A stretch of DNA of 63,146 bases from Actinomycetota bacterium. Lineage in GTDB: Bacteria; Actinomycetota; UBA4738. Below are positions 57,216 through 63,146 of this stretch, in pieces (the first letter of the stretch is position 1; every line of letters begins with the position of its first letter). Position numbers and translations under genes: made by a program. Location of the stretch: the NCBI GenBank assembly GCA_035623615.1, contig DASPTB010000227.1, positions 1-63,146 on the forward strand. The letters are read 5' to 3'. Under the pieces are notes generated by a model. That model was given only the letters and a program-made list of their open reading frames with translations, made no database searches and had not been told where the DNA came from.

Positions 57216-57848
57216 ATGCGTGCGATGCCGCACCGCAATCGCGTCACGCCGTTCGGCGACGTGGTCGCAACCGAAGCGAGAGGGCTCCTCTACGGCAACC
57301 GGGGTGTGCTGCACGACGATCGCGGGCGAATCGTGCGCCCCTTCCAAGGACGGCGGTGGATCGCCTGCCGGCTCGCGTTCAAGGGTCGCCGCCGCCGACT
57401 CCTGCAGCCCGGGCGATTCACGGAGCTCTTCTTCCTGGACGAAGCAACGGCGTTCGCGGCCGGGCATCGCCCGTGCGCCGAGTGCCGTCGCGAAGACTTC
57501 GACCGCTTTCACGCGGCGTGGGGCGCAACGCACCCCGGCGCCTCGTCGCGCGTCGACGACATCGACCGCGAGCTTCACGAACAGCGCGTCGGCCCCGGAC
57601 GGACGAAGCGCCTGCACGCCTCCGTTACGGGGGAACTGCCGGACGGCGCCATGATCGCCGACGACGGCGCGGCATGGCTGATCCAGGACGGCACGCTCCT
57701 GCGCTGGACGCCGGCCGGGTACGGCGACCGTCATGTCGCCGACCCCGCCGAGGCCGTGCAACTGCTCACGCCGCCGTCGATCGTCGCCGTGATCGCCGCC
57801 GGTTACACGCCCTCGATCCACTCCAGTGCCGAGAACGACGGCGGCTGA
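57216..57848 (+). CDS. Conserved-looking hypothetical protein with an HRPCAECRR motif
   Basis: This is the ATG 57216 sub-ORF. The product reads NRVTPFGDVVATEARGLLYGNRGVLHDD...RRWIACRLAFKGRRR...ELFFLDEATAFAAGHRPCAECRR. I have seen this pattern in unannotated bacterial proteins but cannot name the family. Confidence 0.7.
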   Translation: MRAMPHRNRVTPFGDVVATEARGLLYGNRGVLHDDRGRIVRPFQGRRWIACRLAFKGRRRRLLQPGRFTELFFLDEATAFAAGHRPCAECRREDFDRFHAAWGATHPGASSRVDDIDRELHEQRVGPGRTKRLHASVTGELPDGAMIADDGAAWLIQDGTLLRWTPAGYGDRHVADPAEAVQLLTPPSIVAVIAAGYTPSIHSSAENDGG

Positions 57849-57990
57849 CGATTGCGGCGCAGACCTTTCCGACGAAGGGGGGTTGCTGCGGATTGCATCC
57901 AATCGCCTCGCAGGCAGCGCGGTGGAGTCGCTCCCGCCACCCACGCGAGCCCGGTTCAGCGAACGGCAGCCCACTGCCGATACCGTGGTC

Positions 57991-58674
57991 ATGGCACGCA
58001 CCTACCGGTCGCATCCCACGTTTGCAAGGGTCGGCCGGGTCCTCGCCCCCGTTGCGCTGGTGGGGTGGCCCGTGTTCGCCGTTTTCAGCTCGTGTGGGGG
58101 CGGCGGCGCCGGATGCTCGCGCCCGCAGGCATTCGTCGCCGGCCTCGCGGTGGGCGCGGTCTTCGCCTTCTTCTTCTGGGCGCTCGGACGCCCCCTTGTG
58201 ATCGCGAGCGATGAGGATGTGGTGATCCGTGGATATGTCCGGACGTTGACCCTGCGGTGGGACGATGTCGAACGGTTCGAGCTGCGGCCGCACGACACGT
58301 GGACGGTGGTTCTTCTGAGCGACGGCTCGTCCCATATCGTGGTGGCGTTGCAGACCGATCTGGTGACGTGGATGACGCACCGCACTCCGCGAGCGCTGCC
58401 CATGGTCGACGAGTTGAACCAGGCGCTCGCCGAGCGGCACTCGGCGGCATCACCGACACCTGCTCCGGTGCAGACACGCCCGGCGAGGAGCTACGGACTC
58501 CTCGTGGCCCTGCCGGTCGTGTGCGGGGTCGGAACGGGATGGCTGGTCGCAGCGTCGGCCGGCTGGCTCAAGGGGCTGCTGTTCGGACTCCTGTGGCTCA
58601 TCCCGATCGCCGTCAACCTGACGGTCGTGCGCCGCGCCATGAACCGGGCCGGCGGCTACGATCCGTTCGCGTAG
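57991..58674 (+). CDS. Membrane protein with a bacterial PH (bPH_6-like) domain
   Basis: Starting at ATG 57991, two TM helices are followed by VVIRGYVRTLTLRWDDVERFELRPHD..VVLLSDGSS and then two C-terminal TM helices. Confidence 0.7.
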   Translation: MARTYRSHPTFARVGRVLAPVALVGWPVFAVFSSCGGGGAGCSRPQAFVAGLAVGAVFAFFFWALGRPLVIASDEDVVIRGYVRTLTLRWDDVERFELRPHDTWTVVLLSDGSSHIVVALQTDLVTWMTHRTPRALPMVDELNQALAERHSAASPTPAPVQTRPARSYGLLVALPVVCGVGTGWLVAASAGWLKGLLFGLLWLIPIAVNLTVVRRAMNRAGGYDPFA

Positions 58675-58754
58675 ATGGGAACATTCGACTCGTCGGTGGT
58701 CTGGTCCGTTCGAGCGAGCTCGGCGCGTACGGCCCCGCGAGAGGCAGGCGCCGC

Positions 58755-58976
58755 TCAGGCCTGGCGGCCGCGGACCCGTTCCACTTCCTGTGAGGTCAGC
58801 TTGGCGACCACCGCCGCGCGCGTTGCCGGATCCAGCGCGTCGAGCTCGTCGTCGATGTTCTGCACGGCGGTCTCCGCCTCCTGGCGCCTCTCGCGAAGCT
58901 GATAGAGCACCGCGATCAGGACTGCCACGGCTCCCGCGAGCAGCGCCAGCCAGATCATTCGCTTCGATGAAGCCAC
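58755..58976 (-). CDS. Small single-TM protein with a charged helical tail
   Basis: I chose GTG 58976, which has GGAGG 7 nt upstream. The product is ...RMIWLALLAGAVAVLIAVLYQLRERRQEAETAVQNIDDELD. Confidence 0.5.
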   Translation of the reverse strand: MASSKRMIWLALLAGAVAVLIAVLYQLRERRQEAETAVQNIDDELDALDPATRAAVVAKLTSQEVERVRGRQA

Positions 58977-59109
58977 GCCCACACCTCCCCTTCAGAAATC
59001 CTGCCGATGGTCGACCAGTCTAGGCCCGACCCCGAATTCCCGCTGAGGCGGTCGTCGGTTCCGAAGGACTCCCTTGCATGTCGGGCCGCCGCTCAGCATC
59101 ATCAACAGG

Positions 59110-59670
59110 GTGAGCGACGTGCCCGAGCGCTGGACGCAGGCCACCGTCTACCCCGACATGTGGGTCGACCCCGGCGAGGATCCCCGCAACAGCGAAGGCG
59201 TCAGCCCGGACGGGGAGCTGGCGACGTTGCAGGACTACTTGAGGAGCTATCGACTGACCCTGCAGATGAAATGCGAGGGGCTGAACCCGGAGGAGCTCGC
59301 TCGCCGGTCGGTGCCTCCATCGACCATGTCGCTGCTCGGTCTCGTCCGCCATCTGGCGGAAGTGGAACGGGACTGGCGCAACTGGATCGCGCCGGGGGAT
59401 CGTGCACCAAGGCTGTACGGAACGCGCGACGCGGACTTCGACGGAGCCGCCGCCGAGCGGGCGCTCGTCGACGAATCGTTCGCCGACCTCGCGCGCGAGC
59501 AGGCGGCGACCGACGCTGCCTTGGTCGAGCATGCCGATCTGGGTGAGCGGGTGGGGAAGGACGGCATCGCCATCCGAGAGCTGTGGGTCCACCGGATCGA
59601 GGAGTACGCGCGCCACTGCGGCCACGCCGACCTGCTCCGCGAGTGCATCGACGGCCGGGTCGGGCAATAG
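59110..59670 (+). CDS. DinB/DUF664 family protein (mycothiol-transferase-like four-helix bundle)
   Basis: It has LQDYLRSYRLTLQMKCEGLNPEELARRSVPPSTMSLLGLVRHLAEVERDW...EEYARHCGHADLLRECIDG. The start is uncertain (GTG 59110 or 59119, or TTG 59074). Confidence 0.85.
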   Translation: MSDVPERWTQATVYPDMWVDPGEDPRNSEGVSPDGELATLQDYLRSYRLTLQMKCEGLNPEELARRSVPPSTMSLLGLVRHLAEVERDWRNWIAPGDRAPRLYGTRDADFDGAAAERALVDESFADLAREQAATDAALVEHADLGERVGKDGIAIRELWVHRIEEYARHCGHADLLRECIDGRVGQ

Positions 59671-59692
59671 CCGGGACTGCTCTTCTACGGCC

Positions 59693-61075
59693 TCATGTCG
59701 ACGTGCCTTCTCCCTCGTCGGCGGTCGCAGGGATCGGCGACGCTCGGCGAAGGGCGCTGGCCGCTTGATCGCGGCTGGTTCGGAGCGCCACAAGCGCGGA
59801 GCGGGGCAACGTCTCGTTCCCGTAGCGCACGCTCTCGTACGCGCGGGTGAGCTCCGCCATCCCGGCTCCGCACTCCGGGTAGGCGGCGGACGCCACGGTC
59901 AGGAACTCCGACGGCGTCTGCTCGTCGAGCTTGGCCAGGCCCAAGCCGCGCAGCGCCAGCAGCATTTCCGCGTACCAGCGGCGCACGGTGTCGGCGGGAA
60001 GCTCATGCCGGCGCGCGCCCGATCCTCGCGCCCACCGGCTCTCCCGGGGCGGCAGCGGCACGGCCAGAACCTCGCCGTCCACGTCCGTACGCGCCCTGGT
60101 CTCGTCGGGCGACCCATGCCGGCCTCGGATGGCGCGCACGAGGAGCCACGCCACGACCACGAGCACCGCCAGGCCGAGCAGGCGCTCCACCGGTCCGAAT
60201 TGCGCGGGCGCCCCGCGCGGCAGGTGCGTGCGGCTCGCTGCACTGTTGCGGAGTTGCCGCAGGGCTCGCTGCAGGGCGGCGGGATCGATGTGAATCCGGC
60301 TCGCGAGCCAGAAGACGGGCCGCAGGAGCTGGGCGAGCACCAGCGCCAGGACCGACACGACGGCGGCGCCCGCGGGGAACATGATCGCGCCGACGATGCG
60401 CACGGGGCCGCCCTTTCCCCCGACCATGAGAGCGACCACGATCGCTGCTGCGTACCCGAACAGCAGGCGGACCGCGAACCGGCGCCGCTGCGCCGAGGCC
60501 GAGGCGTCGGGAGCGGACAGCCACAGGCTGCACGCGCGCGAGGCGAGGGCCGCCGTGAAGAAGACCGGGATCGCCACCGACACAGCCGACGGCCATCCGC
60601 GATCGGTCGCCGGAGACAGGAGGATCTCCGCAAGCAGCATCAGCGAGCCCACCAGGAGTGTCGCGTCGGGCGGTTCCCGCCAGTCGCGCAGCGCCAGCGT
60701 CACCACCCGAAACGCCACGAGCAGCGTCACGATGACGACCACCACGGCCGGCCCCGGGCCGGCGGGCGGGCCCCATACGCGCGTCTGCGCGATCCCGAGC
60801 GCCACGGCGGCCGCGGCCGCGACGGCCGGCATCGCCGGGAACCGCCGAAGGTCGGTTGCAAGGGCGACGGCACCGACGACCACGACCAGGAACAGGGACG
60901 GGTCCGCCATGGCACCCGACGCTCCTGGAATGACCTGCAAGACGATGCCCCGAACGAATGGGAACGCGACGGCGGCCTCCGCGAGCGCCGCGAGAGACGC
61001 GCCGGCCACCGCGAGCCCCGGCGTGGCGGGCCGAAACGGGCCGCGAACGCGTTCGACCCGCGACCTCGCGCTCAT
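59693..61075 (-). CDS. Polytopic membrane protein with a C-terminal DUF4129-like domain and no transglutaminase core
   Basis: About 8 TM segments are followed by WYAEMLLALRGLGLAKLDEQTPSEF...YESVRYGNETL. ATG 61075 overlaps the DUF58 stop (ATGA). Confidence 0.75.
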   Translation of the reverse strand: MSARSRVERVRGPFRPATPGLAVAGASLAALAEAAVAFPFVRGIVLQVIPGASGAMADPSLFLVVVVGAVALATDLRRFPAMPAVAAAAAVALGIAQTRVWGPPAGPGPAVVVVIVTLLVAFRVVTLALRDWREPPDATLLVGSLMLLAEILLSPATDRGWPSAVSVAIPVFFTAALASRACSLWLSAPDASASAQRRRFAVRLLFGYAAAIVVALMVGGKGGPVRIVGAIMFPAGAAVVSVLALVLAQLLRPVFWLASRIHIDPAALQRALRQLRNSAASRTHLPRGAPAQFGPVERLLGLAVLVVVAWLLVRAIRGRHGSPDETRARTDVDGEVLAVPLPPRESRWARGSGARRHELPADTVRRWYAEMLLALRGLGLAKLDEQTPSEFLTVASAAYPECGAGMAELTRAYESVRYGNETLPRSALVALRTSRDQAASALRRASPIPATADEGEGTST

Positions 61076-62289
61076 GCGCCCGCCGCGGTCTGGGCATCCG
61101 ACAGCGGGGACAGCTCCACGACGGCGGTCCCACGCCCGCGGAGCTGCGCAACCTCATGACGGAGCCGCGGACCGGGACGCGGGGTGATCAACACGACCGT
61201 TGTCTCGTGACTCAGGCGCCGCCCGGACTCGCGGAGCACCGGCCCCATGTCGGCGGTGGGTTCGCTCGGCATGCGGGCCAGCGCCGCGAACACGGCGCCC
61301 TCGTGCCCGCGGGCGAGCGAGGATGGGACACGCAGCGGGCCGCGCCCGCGCGTCAGGTGGGTGTTGGCGACGAGGCCGATCCGCCAGCCCGATTCGAGTG
61401 CGATCCGGCACAGGAAGCTCGCCCAGCCGATCGTGTCCTCAGCGATCTCAGGGTAAATGGAATCCCAGAAGGGCTCTCCCACAGCAAGATCCAGGGCGAA
61501 GAGCACGTCCGCACCGCGCGTCGGCTCGAACAGCTTCGTCTGCAGCTCACCGGCGTGTCCCGTCAGCCGCCAGTGGATGCGGTTGAGCGGGTCCCCGGCC
61601 TCGTATGGCCGGACGCCGGCGAACCGTTCGTGTTCCTCGAAGATCCGCGCCGCGCGCACGGGCATCCCGAACGGCAGACGGCGCCGCACGGACGCGGGCA
61701 CCGCGATCCGCGGTTCGGGCATGACCAGCAACGCCGCATCCGGCGTGATCTCCTGCGCCACCGGCACCAGGTCGAACGGGTCGGATGCCTGTGCATCGAT
61801 GCGCCGCAACCAGTACTCGCCACGCCCGGCGACGCGCACCGGGAACGCCAGCCGCACCTCCGACCGTCCGGCCAGGAACAGCCGTCGGCGGTATCCGCGG
61901 ATGGCCGACGAGACTTCGCGCGGGGCCAACTCCGGCGGCAGCCACAGTCCCCGATACCCCACGCCGTCCTCGGACGGGTCGTCGGTCGCCGGGAACATGC
62001 CTGGTGGCAGCCACACGCCGAGCGACAGCACCGGGATCGGCACGCGTTTGTGATTGCGCACCACCACGTTGAGCGTGACCGGTTCGCCGACGAACACGCG
62101 CGCCGGCTCGAACGCGGCCTCGATGGTCACGGCTCGCCACGCCGACCTCGCCCACCAGATCGCACCGCCCGCGAGGCCGAGCACGGCGACGGACCATGCG
62201 AACAGCTTCGCGTCGCCCCCGGCGATCGCGGCCACGGCCAAGAACACCGCAACGAAGAACGCGATCTCGCGGCGGTTCGCGGTGTCCAC
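61072..62289 (-). CDS. DUF58 domain protein (second copy)
   Basis: It has two N-terminal TM helices, then FAGVRPYEAGDPLNRIHWRLTGHAGELQTKLFE...DVLFALD. The GTG start lies 20 nt after the moxR stop. Confidence 0.88.
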   Translation of the reverse strand: MDTANRREIAFFVAVFLAVAAIAGGDAKLFAWSVAVLGLAGGAIWWARSAWRAVTIEAAFEPARVFVGEPVTLNVVVRNHKRVPIPVLSLGVWLPPGMFPATDDPSEDGVGYRGLWLPPELAPREVSSAIRGYRRRLFLAGRSEVRLAFPVRVAGRGEYWLRRIDAQASDPFDLVPVAQEITPDAALLVMPEPRIAVPASVRRRLPFGMPVRAARIFEEHERFAGVRPYEAGDPLNRIHWRLTGHAGELQTKLFEPTRGADVLFALDLAVGEPFWDSIYPEIAEDTIGWASFLCRIALESGWRIGLVANTHLTRGRGPLRVPSSLARGHEGAVFAALARMPSEPTADMGPVLRESGRRLSHETTVVLITPRPGPRLRHEVAQLRGRGTAVVELSPLSDAQTAAGA

Positions 62290-62309
62290 GCGGTCTCGGG
62301 CCTCCGCCG

Positions 62310-63146
62310 CTACTCGGTCTCGAACTCCACGGGGACCGGAACTTGCGCGATGACCTCGGCCAGGATGTCCTCCTCGCGCCGATCGCGGATACGCGCGTCG
62401 GTGCTCAGCACCAGCCGGTGCGCCACAACCGGCTGTGCGAGCGCCTTTACGTCGTCGGGAAGCACGAAGTCCCGGCCCTCCAGCAACGCCATCGCTCGGG
62501 CCGCGTCACCCAGGTGCTCCACCGAGCGCGGGCTGGCGCCGACCTGCAGATCGGGGTGGTCGCGAGTCGCGCGGACCAGCGACACCGCGTACCGGCGGAC
62601 GGGTTCCTCGATCCGGACCTCGTCCGCCATCGCCCTCAGCGACGCCAGGTCCGGCGCGCCCGACAAGGGCTCCGGTGCGGACTCGCGGCTGCCGCGGGGC
62701 TTGACCAGGATCTCCTCCTCCTGTTTCTGGTCGGGGTACCCCAGCCGAACCCGCAGCAGGAAGCGATCCAGCTGGGCTTCCGGCAGCGGGAACGTTCCTT
62801 CGAGCTCGACCGGGTTCTGTGTGGCCAGCACGAGAAACGGCTCGGGGAGTGGGTGAACGACGCCGTCCACCGTTACCTGCCGCTCCTGCATGGCCTCCAG
62901 AAGCGCCGATTGCGTCTTCGGCGTGGCCCGGTTGATCTCGTCGGCCAGCAGGATCTGGGTGAACACGGGGCCCGGGCGGAACTCGAAGTCGTGCGTCTTG
63001 AGGTTGAGGATCGACGTGCCGGTGATGTCCGAGGGCATCAGGTCGGGCGTGAACTGCACACGTGCGAAGTCGAGGCCGAGCAGGCCTGCGAGCGTCCGCA
63101 CCAGGGTGGTCTTGCCGACGCCGGGCACGTCGTCGATCAGGACGTG
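62310..63146 (-). CDS. MoxR-family AAA+ ATPase (second copy; N-terminus lies outside the window)
   Basis: The reading frame continues to the window edge (HVLIDDVPGVGKTTLV = Walker A). It also has LLADEINRATPKTQSALLEAMQE and ATQNPVELEGTFPLPEAQLDRF. Confidence 0.93.
   Translation of the reverse strand, partial: HVLIDDVPGVGKTTLVRTLAGLLGLDFARVQFTPDLMPSDITGTSILNLKTHDFEFRPGPVFTQILLADEINRATPKTQSALLEAMQERQVTVDGVVHPLPEPFLVLATQNPVELEGTFPLPEAQLDRFLLRVRLGYPDQKQEEEILVKPRGSRESAPEPLSGAPDLASLRAMADEVRIEEPVRRYAVSLVRATRDHPDLQVGASPRSVEHLGDAARAMALLEGRDFVLPDDVKALAQPVVAHRLVLSTDARIRDRREEDILAEVIAQVPVPVEFETE

Overview
This is a 63-kb stretch of a very GC-rich chromosome (third codon positions are almost all G/C) with Actinomycetota-like gene content. 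I call about 64 protein genes and one tRNA-Gln. I see no rRNA, CRISPR array, transposase, integrase, phage gene or recognisable defence gene. Many adjacent genes overlap by 4 nt (ATGA, GTGA or TTGA), which suggests translational coupling.

Layout:
(i) 1-14.1 kb looks accessory and is rich in C-N bond hydrolysis. It holds a partial PotD-like binding protein and a cobalt-type nitrile hydratase operon (beta, alpha, accessory) whose alpha subunit starts with an unusual His/Asp-rich tract. It also holds a NAGPA-like glycosidase, two beta-lactamase-fold serine hydrolases and a bacterial G1 (eqolisin) peptidase. A seven-gene coupled operon completes it: a peptide-type ABC importer, an amidase and a NylB-like hydrolase.
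(ii) 14.2-21.7 kb holds a His-tailed COG0701 permease, an OmpR-type two-component system with a MacB-type ABC transporter, and two Cys-containing secreted proteins of unknown function.
(iii) 21.8-42.2 kb is a core housekeeping block: yihY, ftsB, eno, mazG, mfd, pth, rplY, prs, glmU, tRNA-Gln, ispE, rsmA, a DUF348/G5/RlpA-like wall protein, tatD, metG, rsmI, pmt, rpiA. Its order matches, as I recall them, the Bacillus metS...mfd...divIC region and the mycobacterial Rv1002c-Rv1024 region. One unexplained ORF sits between mfd and mazG.
(iv) 42.3-63.1 kb holds envelope-associated genes, including two separate MoxR AAA+/DUF58 modules, a PAS-GGDEF-EAL sensor, and a run of small membrane proteins and lipoproteins.

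I do not see a self-evident novel system. The best candidates for uncharacterised biology are:
- the two MoxR/DUF58 modules;
- the mfd-ORF-mazG insertion;
- the His-tract nitrile hydratase;
- the ABC-amidase-NylB-like operon.

All family calls come from recognising motifs by eye in the supplied translations. No searches were run. Many start codons are GTG or TTG, which the ORF track prints as M, and I re-placed several of them by hand.
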